Positions 27,150 through 36,591 of a DNA stretch of 64,000 nt are shown piece by piece. The position numbers and the translations under genes were made by a program. Source of the stretch: Oscillospiraceae bacterium. GTDB lineage: Bacteria; Bacillota; Clostridia; Oscillospirales; CAG-382. Under the pieces are notes generated by a model, which worked only from the letters and a program-made list of their open reading frames with translations, was not told the origin of the DNA and searched no databases. Numbering within the stretch: the first letter of the stretch is position 1; the number at the start of each line of letters is the position of its first letter. Where the stretch lies: the NCBI GenBank assembly GCA_015064625.1, contig SVRW01000010.1, forward strand, positions 5,136 to 69,135, given 5' to 3'.

Positions 27150-28829
27150 ATGGATTTGAAAATTATGAAAAAAAATATAATTATACAAGGTATGCTTGTT
27201 GTTGCTTTTTCTGCTTGTATTCTTCTTTCATCTTGCGGAAACAGTCTTAGCCGTGATGACTTTCAGTATAAAGTAAATGAAGGAATAGTTGAAATAACAA
27301 AGTATCACGGAGATGAAAACGAGGTAATAATCCCCGAAAGTATCTTTTTTGGCGGAGAAAGTATAAGCATAGACAGCAAAACCTTTACTTCATGCCGTGA
27401 TTTAAAAAAGGTTTTTATATCTTCTGATGTTGCAGAGATAAAGGGAAATCCATTCAGAGATTGCATTTCTCTTGAGGAAATAGAGGTTTCATCTGACAAC
27501 CAATATTATAAGTCCATAGACGGTATTCTTTATAATAAATCAGGCTCAATACTTATTTCTTGCCCCGCGAGAAAATCCTTGGATTCTTTTAACGTTCCCG
27601 ATGGTGTGGAGGAAATTTGTGAATATGCTTTCAATAAAAATGATTTTGTAAAGAATATAAATTTTCCTTCATCCTTGAAAAAAATAGGTGAAAGGGCATT
27701 TTCCTCTATGGAGGAATTATCAGAAATAAACCTTTCTGATGGTTTGGAAAGTATTGGAGATTATGCTTTCTCCGATAATTCGAAGATTTCTAAAATAACA
27801 ATTCCAGCTTCTTTGAAAACTCTTGGCGTTGGTGCTTTTGAAAATTGTGTATCTCTTACAGATGTAGCTTTCAAAGGTGAAAACGTTGTTATTAGTAGCC
27901 GTGCTTTTTATAATTGCAAATCTCTTGTAAGATTACCGGAGGGAAATATAACCAAAATTGAGGAAAATGCGTTTAATAACTGCGATTCTCTTAAAGAAGT
28001 GGTTATTTTTGACAGCGTTTCTGAAGTAGGAGCGCATGCATTTGACGGATGTGATTCTCTTGTAACGCTCAAAATGGGTAAAACGACTTATGGAGAATCT
28101 GTATTTGCAAATTGTTCTTCTTTAAAATCTGTTCACGTTGAATCAAAAAGCGGAGAAATTCCAAAGTATGCATTCTATTCCTGCGCAAATCTGAAGGATG
28201 TTACTTTCGGTGAAAGCATAAAGAAAATAGAATCTTATGCTTTTGCATATTGTGGATTGGAAAACGTTGCTTTGGGAGAAAACGTTAAAGAGCTTGGTGG
28301 AAGCGTGTTCCTCGGATGTAAAAAGCTGGTTTCATTCTCTATGACGGATAATGTCTCCAAGATAGGTTCTTATCTGTTCTACGATTGTTCTGTTCTCAGA
28401 ACCGTCGTTTTATCAGAAAAAATAACGAAAATTCCCGAATACGTTTTTTGCCATTGCCTTAATCTCACAGATGTAAATATTCCTGAAGGTGTTTTTGATA
28501 TTGGTAAATATGCGTTTTTCTGTTGCAGAAAGCTACCCGATGTCAATTTGCCCCAAAAGCTTACTACGATAAATGATTATGCTTTCGCTTATTGCGACAA
28601 ATTTACGAACGTTAAACTTCCCGAATCCCTCACGACTTTGAAAAAAGAAGTTTTTGCAAATTCCAAAGGCTTGAAAACCGTAACGATTCCATCGGGCGTT
28701 TCTTCCTTCGGTGCTGACATTTTCAAAGGAAGTAATGCTTTGGAAACCGTATACGTTGTGAAGGGTTCAAAAGCGGATAAATGGATTTCCAAATATCCAG
28801 GTTCTTTCATGCTGGAATATATGGACTAA
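27150..28829 (+). CDS. BspA-type leucine-rich repeat surface lipoprotein
   Basis: 559 aa. Lipobox-like LLSSCGN and ~20 tandem ~23-aa repeats of the form I.IP.SV..IG..AF..C..L. An alternative start lies at 27165. Confidence 0.8.
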   Translation: MDLKIMKKNIIIQGMLVVAFSACILLSSCGNSLSRDDFQYKVNEGIVEITKYHGDENEVIIPESIFFGGESISIDSKTFTSCRDLKKVFISSDVAEIKGNPFRDCISLEEIEVSSDNQYYKSIDGILYNKSGSILISCPARKSLDSFNVPDGVEEICEYAFNKNDFVKNINFPSSLKKIGERAFSSMEELSEINLSDGLESIGDYAFSDNSKISKITIPASLKTLGVGAFENCVSLTDVAFKGENVVISSRAFYNCKSLVRLPEGNITKIEENAFNNCDSLKEVVIFDSVSEVGAHAFDGCDSLVTLKMGKTTYGESVFANCSSLKSVHVESKSGEIPKYAFYSCANLKDVTFGESIKKIESYAFAYCGLENVALGENVKELGGSVFLGCKKLVSFSMTDNVSKIGSYLFYDCSVLRTVVLSEKITKIPEYVFCHCLNLTDVNIPEGVFDIGKYAFFCCRKLPDVNLPQKLTTINDYAFAYCDKFTNVKLPESLTTLKKEVFANSKGLKTVTIPSGVSSFGADIFKGSNALETVYVVKGSKADKWISKYPGSFMLEYMD

Positions 28830-28942
28830 CGTTCCATATTTGGAAACTGCGGATAAATTGGCAATATTAAAATTTTATTTTTCGGATTTTTATTTGTTTT
28901 TCAGCAAACATTAAAACAACTGAGTAATTAGAGGAAATAGAT

Positions 28943-29908
28943 ATGTCAACGGCTTTTAGAAATTTTATTATAACCTTTGCTCTCGCTGTCGCATTGTTTG
29001 CGGTTGTGGGATATCTCGCTGTAAACGGTGTCCTTGACGGCTTATTCAAGGGCGGAGAAACCGTTTCAAATGATACTACCGAATATTCATATGAAAACAC
29101 AGAATCTTATTACGATGGAGAATATGAAGGCTCTGAAGACGTAGTTCCTTCTACCAAAGATTATGGTGATGCATACGTTATATTTTACGAGGATCATCTT
29201 AATACTTTGACAGACGTAAAATTTCTTTGCGTTAATGAAGAAACAGGAAAAGTTGTATTTGAAGAAATCCCTTTAAGCAGTACCTTGGTCGTAAACGGAT
29301 ATAACAGAACAATAAGCGAAGTATATAAAACAAACGGGGAGAGTTATCTTTGTGGAAAGTTAGGGTACGTTTTCGGCGTTTCTATAAAGGGATATATGAC
29401 TTTCGATACAGAAGCAATGCTTTCATTTTTTACCGCAACAACCATTTGCGAAGAATATGAACTTGAAATAGTATGCAATCTTCCTTACGAGGTCAAGTAT
29501 GAAGACCCCGAAATGAAGGATTACAACGAGCAGAACCCCGATGATATACAGTATATAACATTGGCAGGTGAAGCGGTTATTTCGGCAGAAAACGCTCCTT
29601 CAATTTTTGAAAACGTTCCCGAGGATAGCTATGATTCAAAGGCGGCTTCAGTAATGTTTTCCCAGATTTACGATGCGGTATTCCAGAAAGTTTTTGCTAA
29701 AGCTGAAATAAGAGACACAGAGCTTTCTGTTGCCGATTTCTTCAGATGCTTTAAAAAGCTTAATGTGAACCAAGAGGAACAGAAAATTTTCTTCGTAATA
29801 TACGATGGTTTACATGAGGTATCGGATCTTCCTGCTCTTTCAGCTATGGCTGGTAAGGAATTAAGCTGGTCAACGTTGCCGTCAATGTTTGAAGCGGCTA
29901 TGAAATAA
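28943..29908 (+). CDS. Hypothetical membrane-anchored protein
   Basis: 321 aa. N-terminal TM helix (FIITFALAVALFAVVGYLAV) and an acidic extracytoplasmic region. No family recognised. Confidence 0.5.
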   Translation: MSTAFRNFIITFALAVALFAVVGYLAVNGVLDGLFKGGETVSNDTTEYSYENTESYYDGEYEGSEDVVPSTKDYGDAYVIFYEDHLNTLTDVKFLCVNEETGKVVFEEIPLSSTLVVNGYNRTISEVYKTNGESYLCGKLGYVFGVSIKGYMTFDTEAMLSFFTATTICEEYELEIVCNLPYEVKYEDPEMKDYNEQNPDDIQYITLAGEAVISAENAPSIFENVPEDSYDSKAASVMFSQIYDAVFQKVFAKAEIRDTELSVADFFRCFKKLNVNQEEQKIFFVIYDGLHEVSDLPALSAMAGKELSWSTLPSMFEAAMK

Positions 29909-29938
29909 TTTATTCTGACAACAAATAGAAAGGAAAAA

Positions 29939-31228
29939 GTGTTTATCACTTTCAAAGAGATGAAAACTGAAACAAAATGCATAAAAGCGGGTTATAAGCC
30001 CAACAACGGCGAGCCTATGGCTTTGCCCATATATCAGAGTACAACTTATTCCTACGATACGGCTGAGGCTATAGGAAAGCTTTTCGACCTTGCCGAAGAC
30101 GGACATATGTATTCAAGAATATCCAACCCAACAGTTGCTTGCGTTGAAGAAAAAATTGCTGCTCTTGAAGGCGGTGTAGGCGCTCTTTGCACTTCTTCGG
30201 GGCAGATGGCATCAATGATGAGTCTGCTTAATATTATGGAAGCAGGAGACCATTTTATTTCGTCTTCAAAAATTTACGGTGGCACGGTAAATCTTTTCAT
30301 GGTTACTTTGAAAAGACTTGGAATAGAATGTACGCTCGTTGATCAGGATCTTTCCGAAGAAGAACTTGACAAATATTTCAAGCCTAACACAAAAGCTGTG
30401 TTCGGTGAATCCTTGGCAAACCCTGCTTTGTCCGTTTTGGATATTGAAAAATTTGCAAGGGTTGCTCATAAGCATGGAGTTCCTCTTATTGTTGACAACA
30501 CGTTCCCAACACCTGCTTTATGCCGTCCTATAGAGTTTGGAGCAGATATTGTTGTTCATTCTACTTCAAAATATCTTGACGGTCATGCAATTCAAGTTGG
30601 CGGCGTAATTATAGATAGCGGTAATTTTGATTGGAAAGCAAACGGATATACTTGTCTTTCAACTCCTGATGAATCATATCATGGAGTTACTTATACTGAA
30701 AAATTCGGTAAGAGTGCATATATAGCAAAAGCAAGACTTCAGCTTACGAGAGACTTTGGAACGTATCCTCCTGCATTCAGCGCATTTTTGCTCGATTTGG
30801 GAATTCAGACCTTGAGCGTTCGCATGAAGGCACACTCTGAAAACGCTTTGAAGGTTGCAGAATTTTTGGAGAAATCTCCAAAGGTTGAAAAAGTTTTCTA
30901 TCCTTCCCTTGAATCAGATAGCTATAATGGTTTGGCAAAAAAATATTTTGACGGTGGATCAAGCGGTGTTGTTTCCTTTATTTTAAAGGGTGGAAGATCT
31001 TCCGCAATGGAATTTATGAAATCTTTAAAAATGGCAACAAACGCAGTTCACGTTGCTGCTGTTAATACTATGGTTCTTCATCCCGCTTCCGCAACACATC
31101 GTCAGCTTACCGATGAACAGCTGGTAGGTGCAGGTGTTGCTCCTGGACTTATAAGATTTTCCGTTGGTATAGAGCATATAGACGATATTCTCGAAGACGT
31201 AAAATATGCTCTGTCAAAATGCGAGTAA
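29939..31228 (+). CDS. metY: PLP-dependent O-acetylhomoserine sulfhydrylase / trans-sulfuration family enzyme
   Basis: 429 aa. PIYQSTTY, SNPT and the PLP-lysine block HSTSKYLDGH. Start is GTG 29939 or ATG 29960. Confidence 0.75.
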   Translation: MFITFKEMKTETKCIKAGYKPNNGEPMALPIYQSTTYSYDTAEAIGKLFDLAEDGHMYSRISNPTVACVEEKIAALEGGVGALCTSSGQMASMMSLLNIMEAGDHFISSSKIYGGTVNLFMVTLKRLGIECTLVDQDLSEEELDKYFKPNTKAVFGESLANPALSVLDIEKFARVAHKHGVPLIVDNTFPTPALCRPIEFGADIVVHSTSKYLDGHAIQVGGVIIDSGNFDWKANGYTCLSTPDESYHGVTYTEKFGKSAYIAKARLQLTRDFGTYPPAFSAFLLDLGIQTLSVRMKAHSENALKVAEFLEKSPKVEKVFYPSLESDSYNGLAKKYFDGGSSGVVSFILKGGRSSAMEFMKSLKMATNAVHVAAVNTMVLHPASATHRQLTDEQLVGAGVAPGLIRFSVGIEHIDDILEDVKYALSKCE

Positions 31229-31229
31229 T

Positions 31230-31715
31230 ATGCGTATAACTGTAATTTATTGCGGAGATAATGGCGCGGAATATTTTAACTCTGCTTCAAAGGAGTATGA
31301 AAAACGCATTTCTGCTTTTTCAGAAATTGACGTGGTTAAGATCCGCCCAGAACCCCTTGACGAAAATAAAAATTTGAGTCAGAATGTTATAGATAAAGCA
31401 CTTGAAACAGAAGCGGATAAAATTCTTTCTGTAATTCCTAAAGGGGCTTATAAAATTGCTCTCTGCGTGGAAGGAAAGAAAATTTCTTCAGAAGATTTGT
31501 CCGCTCTTGTAGATGATAAACGTGAAATGGGTTTTTCGTCATTTGCTTTTATAATAGGTTCAAGTTACGGACTTTCAAGTCGTCTTAAAAAACTTTGCGA
31601 TTATAAGCTTTCTATGTCTGCTATGACTTTCCCGCATCAGCTTGCAAGAGTTATGCTTCTTGAACAGATTTACAGAGCTTTTACAATATCTGCAGGAAAG
31701 CGTTATCATAAATAA
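31230..31715 (+). CDS. rlmH: 23S rRNA (pseudouridine1915-N3)-methyltransferase RlmH
   Basis: ATG at 31230, just after the metY stop (the tracked ORF starts at 31206). SPOUT-type C-terminus FPHQLARVMLLEQIYRAF. Confidence 0.85.
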   Translation: MRITVIYCGDNGAEYFNSASKEYEKRISAFSEIDVVKIRPEPLDENKNLSQNVIDKALETEADKILSVIPKGAYKIALCVEGKKISSEDLSALVDDKREMGFSSFAFIIGSSYGLSSRLKKLCDYKLSMSAMTFPHQLARVMLLEQIYRAFTISAGKRYHK

Positions 31716-31790
31716 AATGAAGGTTATTATTTGATTTTAAAAAACTTTTGTGTTATTTTTTGTCTTTTTGAAAAAGATTATAAAAAGCAC

Positions 31791-31819
31791 TTGAAAAATG
31801 ATTTTATTTGTGGTATTAT
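31791..31819 (+). promoter_or_regulatory. Promoter of the ferredoxin gene
   Basis: TTGAAA (31791-31796), 17-nt spacer, TGgTATTAT extended -10 (31811-31819). Confidence 0.55.
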
Positions 31820-31869
31820 GTTGCTGTAGCGAAAGCGATAAAACATAACAAGTTACGGAGGAAATACTT

Positions 31870-32043
31870 ATGGCATACGCAATTGACAAGGATACTTGCA
31901 TCGGCTGTGGCACATGTGAGGGTGAATGCCCCGTTAGTGCTATCAAAGTTGATACAGATGGCAAATATGTTATCAACGCTGATGAATGTCTCGGCTGTGG
32001 CGCTTGCGCAGGTGCTTGCCCTGTAGACGCTATCAAAGAATAA
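31870..32043 (+). CDS. fdx: 2x[4Fe-4S] clostridial-type ferredoxin (57 aa, absent from the ORF track)
   Basis: Translates to MAYAIDKDTCIGCGTCEGECPVSAIKVDTDGKYVINADECLGCGACAGACPVDAIKE, with two CxxCxxCxxxCP motifs. GGAGG lies 8 nt upstream, and the gene has its own promoter and terminator. Confidence 0.88.
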   Translation: MAYAIDKDTCIGCGTCEGECPVSAIKVDTDGKYVINADECLGCGACAGACPVDAIKE

Positions 32044-32060
32044 TCTTAACTGATGTTCTT

Positions 32061-32100
32061 AAAACTGTTGTGGAGTTTTCTGCAACAGTTTTTTCTTTTT
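32061..32100 (+). terminator. Intrinsic terminator of the ferredoxin gene
   Basis: AAACTGTTG...CAACAGTTT stem followed by TTTTCTTTTTT. Confidence 0.7.
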
Positions 32101-32251
32101 TGAAATAAATCAAAAGGTGTGGAAAAATTTTTAAAATTCGCAAAAAACTATTGAAAAATAAATAAAAATAGTTTATAATATAAACAAATCCAAAAGAAAG
32201 TACAAATGGATGTTGCAGAGAATGATTTGTTGTTTGAGAGGAGGTATTGCT

Positions 32252-33610
32252 ATGACAAAAATGTATATTCAACCATCAAAAATTTCTGGGATTATTAAAG
32301 CGCCACCATCGAAATCAATGGCTCATAAAGCTCTGTTCTGCGCCGCTCTTGCAGGCGGAGAATGCAGAATATCAAATGCAGGCGTGAGCGATGACGTTAA
32401 AGCTACTATTTCTTGTTTGACACAGCTTGGGGTTATAGTTGAATACGACGGAAATGATTTGATTGTAAACGGTAAAGGACTTGCTAATCTTAACAAGGAT
32501 AAGCATATAGATTTCCAATGCAAGCGAAGCGGTGCTACTCTCAGGTTTGCAGTTCCTCTTGCCGCGATTCTTGGACTTGATGCATCTTTTTTTGGGACTG
32601 GGGATTTGCCCAAACGTTCTGTTTCGGAGTTCGAAACAATTTTTGAAAATACAGGAATTGAGATTTACAAAAAGGATAATGAAATTATTTCTATAAGAGG
32701 TCGTTTTGAAGCCTCAAGAATAACGGTTCCTACATCAACTTCTCCTCAGTTTTTGTCAGGCATAATGATAGCTTTACCTTATTTGCAGAAGAAATGCGAA
32801 ATTTTTCTTTCTGATGAAGTTCCATTCAGAGAATATATAAATCCCGTTTCGTTCGTTCAGAAGCATTTTGGTGTTGAAACTGTATTTGATTCGGATGCAA
32901 GAAAAATAACTGTCCCCGCAAAAGGTTACGACGCTGGCAATTTCTCCGTTGAGGGCGACTATTCTCTTTCTGCTCCTTATCTCGTAGCAGGCGCTTTGGG
33001 AGATGGTGTAACTGTAGACAATCTTTATTCTGCTTCGTCACAAACGGAAAGAAGACTTATAAATATTTTGTCCGATTTTGGTGCTAACGTAATACAGGCG
33101 GAAAATTTCGTTTCAGTTTCAAGAAACAGAACTTCGCCTATAGACGTTGATTGTGCTGAGATTCCTCATCTTGTTCCTATGCTTGCAGTTCTGGCTTGTT
33201 TTGCAAAAGGAAAGAGCCGTCTTGAAAATTGCGGAGTTACATTCTATAGGGAAAGTGACAGATTGCATCAGGTGTGCGATGCTTTAACTTCTCTTGGCGC
33301 GGATATTGAGGCTATTGGCGATGACCTTTATATAAACGGAAGCGGTAGCCTTGACGGTGGCGAAGCCTTTGATTTTGGTGACCACAGAATAGCAATGGCT
33401 TTGTCTATAGCCGCAGCATTTTCTGATGGTGAAAGCATTGTTGATTCAGATGATTCTGTAAAAAAATCGTATCCAGCATTTTTCAGCGATTTTATGAAAG
33501 TAGGCGGAAAAAGAAAAATTCCCAAGAAAAAAGATTCCTTTTTCGATGCATATGAGGAAGATGATTTCTATGAGCAGAAAAACAAATCTGGAAAGATATA
33601 TATTGATTAA
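32252..33610 (+). CDS. aroA: 3-phosphoshikimate 1-carboxyvinyltransferase (EPSP synthase)
   Basis: ATG at 32252 after GAGAGGAGG (the tracked ORF starts at 32210). KSMAHKALFCAAL, SGATLRF and DHRIAMAL blocks, plus a ~30-aa charged C-terminal tail. Confidence 0.85.
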   Translation: MTKMYIQPSKISGIIKAPPSKSMAHKALFCAALAGGECRISNAGVSDDVKATISCLTQLGVIVEYDGNDLIVNGKGLANLNKDKHIDFQCKRSGATLRFAVPLAAILGLDASFFGTGDLPKRSVSEFETIFENTGIEIYKKDNEIISIRGRFEASRITVPTSTSPQFLSGIMIALPYLQKKCEIFLSDEVPFREYINPVSFVQKHFGVETVFDSDARKITVPAKGYDAGNFSVEGDYSLSAPYLVAGALGDGVTVDNLYSASSQTERRLINILSDFGANVIQAENFVSVSRNRTSPIDVDCAEIPHLVPMLAVLACFAKGKSRLENCGVTFYRESDRLHQVCDALTSLGADIEAIGDDLYINGSGSLDGGEAFDFGDHRIAMALSIAAAFSDGESIVDSDDSVKKSYPAFFSDFMKVGGKRKIPKKKDSFFDAYEEDDFYEQKNKSGKIYID

Positions 33611-33618
33611 ATGCAAAT

Positions 33619-33655
33619 CCTGCGGTAGAAATTCTCTGCCGCAGGTATTTTTTTC
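33619..33655 (+). terminator. Intrinsic terminator after aroA
   Basis: CCTGCGG...CCGCAGG stem followed by a T-run. Confidence 0.7.
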
Positions 33656-33671
33656 TTTTTTTAAAAAAGTA

Positions 33672-33726
33672 TTGACATTTAAATTTAAAGTAGTATAATA
33701 TAATTACAAAAGAAACAAAGCGTTTC
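33672..33726 (+). promoter_or_regulatory. lexA promoter with a downstream palindrome (candidate SOS operator)
   Basis: TTGACA (33672-33677), 16-nt spacer, TATAAT (33694-33699). Palindrome GAAAC-AAAGC-GTTTC at 33712-33726. Confidence 0.45.
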
Positions 33727-33757
33727 GTTTGTGAAATGCTATTTGGAGGTCTTATTT

Positions 33758-34369
33758 ATGGGGGGAATCAGAAAGAAAAATCCTGAAACGATGGAAAAAA
33801 TTTTGAAATTTGCGGAAGAGTATTATTTTGAGCATCATTCATCACCGTCTATGGGGGAGATTGCTTTAGCTTTGAATATAGGAAGATCAACGGCATATAA
33901 ATATCTTGTTGAAATGGACGAAAAGGGAATTTTATCTTACGATGGAAATATAATAGTAACTCCCGATATGTCAAAGGCAAATTATAAAGTAAATAAAGCT
34001 CCTATTGTTGGAAACGTGGTGTGCGGTGAGCCTGAATATGCGGAGGAAAATTTTGAAGAGTACGTAGCACTTCCTGAAGCACTTTTCGGTAAAGGGGATT
34101 TTTTTATTTTGCGAACTCATGGAGATTCTATGATAGAAGCAGGCATAGAAGAAGGGGATATGGTAGTTGTTAAAAAACAGAACGTTGCAAACGGCGGAGA
34201 TATGGTTGTAGCCCTTGTTGAAAACGAAACGACGCTTAAAACCCTTGCGTTTGACAGAGAGGGAAGGTTAGTGCTTCATCCTGAAAATAGAACAATGGAG
34301 GATATATACCCATCTGAATGTTATATTCAGGGCGTAGTTAAGTATATTATCAAATCTGTAGGGAAATAG
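33758..34369 (+). CDS. lexA: LexA repressor
   Basis: ATG at 33758 after GGAGGT (the tracked ORF starts at 33731). Winged-helix N-terminus (SMGEIALALNIGRSTAYKYL) and S24 domain (HGDSMIEAGI ... TTLKTL). Confidence 0.85.
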   Translation: MGGIRKKNPETMEKILKFAEEYYFEHHSSPSMGEIALALNIGRSTAYKYLVEMDEKGILSYDGNIIVTPDMSKANYKVNKAPIVGNVVCGEPEYAEENFEEYVALPEALFGKGDFFILRTHGDSMIEAGIEEGDMVVVKKQNVANGGDMVVALVENETTLKTLAFDREGRLVLHPENRTMEDIYPSECYIQGVVKYIIKSVGK

Positions 34370-34395
34370 ATTGAATTTCAAATTGGAGGCAAAAA

Positions 34396-35919
34396 ATGGA
34401 AAAACAGTATTTATGCATAGACCTTAAATCTTTTTATGCTTCCGTGGAATGTGTTGAGCGTAACCTTGACCCTTTGACTACCAACCTTGTAGTGGCTGAC
34501 ATTGGGAGAACCGAAAAAACTATTTGTCTTGCAGTAACGCCTTCTCTTAAAAGCTTTGGTATATCAGGCAGAGCAAGGCTTTTTGAGGTTGTGGGACGTG
34601 TACGCGAGGTTAATTATGAAAGAAGACAAAAAGCTCCGCATAGAAGACTTGAAGGGAAATCCTTCGATTATAATGAATTGAAAGCAAATCCGTCATTGGC
34701 TCTGGATTATATAGCCGCTCCGCCAAGAATGGCTTTATATATGGAATACAGCACGAAGATATATAAAGAGGTGTATCTGAAATACGTATCAAAGGATGAT
34801 ATACATGTGTATTCCATAGACGAGGTTTTTATGGATTTGACGGGATATCTGAAATATTCCAAAATGACAGCTCACGAGATGGCTATAAAAATAATCAGGG
34901 AAATTTTAAAGCTAACGGGAATAACCGCAACTGCGGGTATAGGAACTAACTTGTATCTTGCAAAGGTTGCTATGGATATAACTGCCAAAAAAATGCCTGC
35001 GGATAAGGACGGAGTTAGGATAGCGTATCTTGACGAGATGACTTACAGAAAAGAGCTTTGGGAACATAGACCGCTTACGGATTTTTGGCGTATAGGGAAA
35101 GGATATTCATCTAAGCTGGAAGCCTTGGGTATTTATACAATGGGAGACGTGGCAAAATGTTCCGTAGGAGATCCAACCCAAAAGTACAACGAGGACTTGC
35201 TGTATAAGTTGTTTGGTGTAAATGCAGAGCTTCTTATCGATCATGCTTGGGGATGGGAGCCTTGCACCATAGCTGACATAAAATCTTATAAACCAGCTTC
35301 AAACAGTTTAAGCTCTGGGCAGGTTTTGCAATGTCCGTATTCTTTTGAGAAAGCTCGACTAATTGTAAAGGAAATGACGGATATGCTTGTGCTTGATCTG
35401 GTGGATAAAAATCTTGTAACAGATCAGATAGTGCTTATAATAGGCTATGATTCGGGAAATTTGTCTGATCCTAAAATAAGGATTAGGTACAGTGGGGAGA
35501 TAACTATTGACCATTATGGACGACCGATTCCGAAGCATAGTCATGGAACGGCAAATTTAGGTGGTTTTATTTCCTCTACTAAAAAAATCAATGAAAGCGT
35601 TATGTGTCTGTTTGACAGAATAGTAAACAGAGATCTTTTTGTCAGAAGAATAAATATAACTGCAAACCATGTTATCCCGAAAACTAAAGGAGAAGAACCG
35701 TTTGTTGCCCAACAGCTTGATTTATTCACTGATTATGAAGCCTTGGAAAGGCGTAGAAAGAAAGAAAAAGAAGCTTTTGAGAGGGAAAACAAGCTTCAGA
35801 AAGCCCTTTTGTCCGTGAAGAAAAAATACGGAAAAAATACAATTCTGAAAGGTATGAATTATATAGAGGGTGCAACTGCGAAGGATAGAAATGCGCAGAT
35901 AGGCGGCCATAGGGCTTAG
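34396..35919 (+). CDS. Y-family (translesion) DNA polymerase, UmuC/UvrX-like
   Basis: 507 aa. N-terminal CIDLKSFYASVEC and SIDEVFMDLT catalytic blocks. Starts 26 nt downstream of lexA. Confidence 0.85.
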   Translation: MEKQYLCIDLKSFYASVECVERNLDPLTTNLVVADIGRTEKTICLAVTPSLKSFGISGRARLFEVVGRVREVNYERRQKAPHRRLEGKSFDYNELKANPSLALDYIAAPPRMALYMEYSTKIYKEVYLKYVSKDDIHVYSIDEVFMDLTGYLKYSKMTAHEMAIKIIREILKLTGITATAGIGTNLYLAKVAMDITAKKMPADKDGVRIAYLDEMTYRKELWEHRPLTDFWRIGKGYSSKLEALGIYTMGDVAKCSVGDPTQKYNEDLLYKLFGVNAELLIDHAWGWEPCTIADIKSYKPASNSLSSGQVLQCPYSFEKARLIVKEMTDMLVLDLVDKNLVTDQIVLIIGYDSGNLSDPKIRIRYSGEITIDHYGRPIPKHSHGTANLGGFISSTKKINESVMCLFDRIVNRDLFVRRINITANHVIPKTKGEEPFVAQQLDLFTDYEALERRRKKEKEAFERENKLQKALLSVKKKYGKNTILKGMNYIEGATAKDRNAQIGGHRA

Positions 35920-35936
35920 AAAGGGGAATTGGTAAA

Positions 35937-36374
35937 ATGAGTGATTTCAAATACGAAAATATTATAAATATGAATCACCATATATCGAACTGCCATAGAC
36001 CTATGATGATAAAAGACAGAGCGGCTCAGTTTGCTCCTTTTGCCGCATTGACAGGGTATGAGGATGCGGTCTTTGAGGCAGGAAGAAAAACCGTGAATAA
36101 AGCCGAGCTTTCAGAAGAAAGTATATGTATATTGAACCGAAAATTAGAATCTGTTTTAAAACATATTGATGAAAAGCCTGAAATTACAGTAACCTTTTTT
36201 TGTTCTGATGATAAAAAAGAGGGCGGAAGCTATAAAAAATTTTGCGGTAAGGTAAAAAGAGTGGATGAATATAAAAAAGAGATAGTTTTTCATGACGATA
36301 TTTCAATCCTAATAGAAAATATTTATGATTTAAGCGGAGATTTTTTTGAACGTTACGTAAATTTTGAATATTAG
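35937..36374 (+). CDS. YolD-like protein (accessory factor of Y-family polymerase cassettes)
   Basis: 145 aa. The RAAQFAPFAALTGYE block is typical of YolD-like proteins, and the gene lies immediately after the polymerase gene. Confidence 0.65.
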   Translation: MSDFKYENIINMNHHISNCHRPMMIKDRAAQFAPFAALTGYEDAVFEAGRKTVNKAELSEESICILNRKLESVLKHIDEKPEITVTFFCSDDKKEGGSYKKFCGKVKRVDEYKKEIVFHDDISILIENIYDLSGDFFERYVNFEY

Positions 36375-36425
36375 CAAATTCCCAAAGTAAGCTCCAATTT
36401 GGAATTTACTTTGGGATTTAACTTT
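36362..36425 (+). repeat. Direct repeat copy 1 (yolD 3' end plus terminator hairpin 36381-36415)
   Basis: TTTTGAATATTAGCAAATTCCCAAAGTAAGCTCCAATTTGGAATTTACTTTGGGATTTA aligns with 38892..38955. The stem differences between the two copies are compensatory. Confidence 0.8.
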
Positions 36426-36541
36426 CAATTCTTTAAGTGTAATAAAAAAATAAACTTTAAAAATTGCATTTTAAATATAAATGTGGTAATTTTAAAAAAT
36501 AGAAAAAATAAAAATTTTTTTTACAGTTTTTAATATTTTTA

Positions 36542-36564
36542 TTGACTATATGGATGAAGGGCCT
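36542..36564 (+). promoter_or_regulatory. Conserved motif upstream of sigma paralog C (TTGACTATATGGATGAAGGGCCT)
   Basis: Shares the GACTATA-N5-GATGAA(A/G)GGCC core with 5901..5924(-), and more loosely with 112..137. Confidence 0.35.
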
Positions 36565-36591
36565 TTTAAAATATTATAAAGGGGGTACACT

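Noticed and set aside
28830-29938. SAM (S-box) riboswitch or T-box expected upstream of the metY-like gene
   Set aside because: The gene starts only ~30 nt after the preceding ORF. The 113-nt region upstream of that ORF shows no S-box or T-box signature sequences.
31737-32036. Tracked ORFs 31737..32036(-) and 31808..32026(+)
   Set aside because: Both overlap the 57-aa ferredoxin gene in other frames. The ferredoxin frame has a promoter, an RBS, diagnostic Cys motifs and a terminator, and these two ORFs have none of those.
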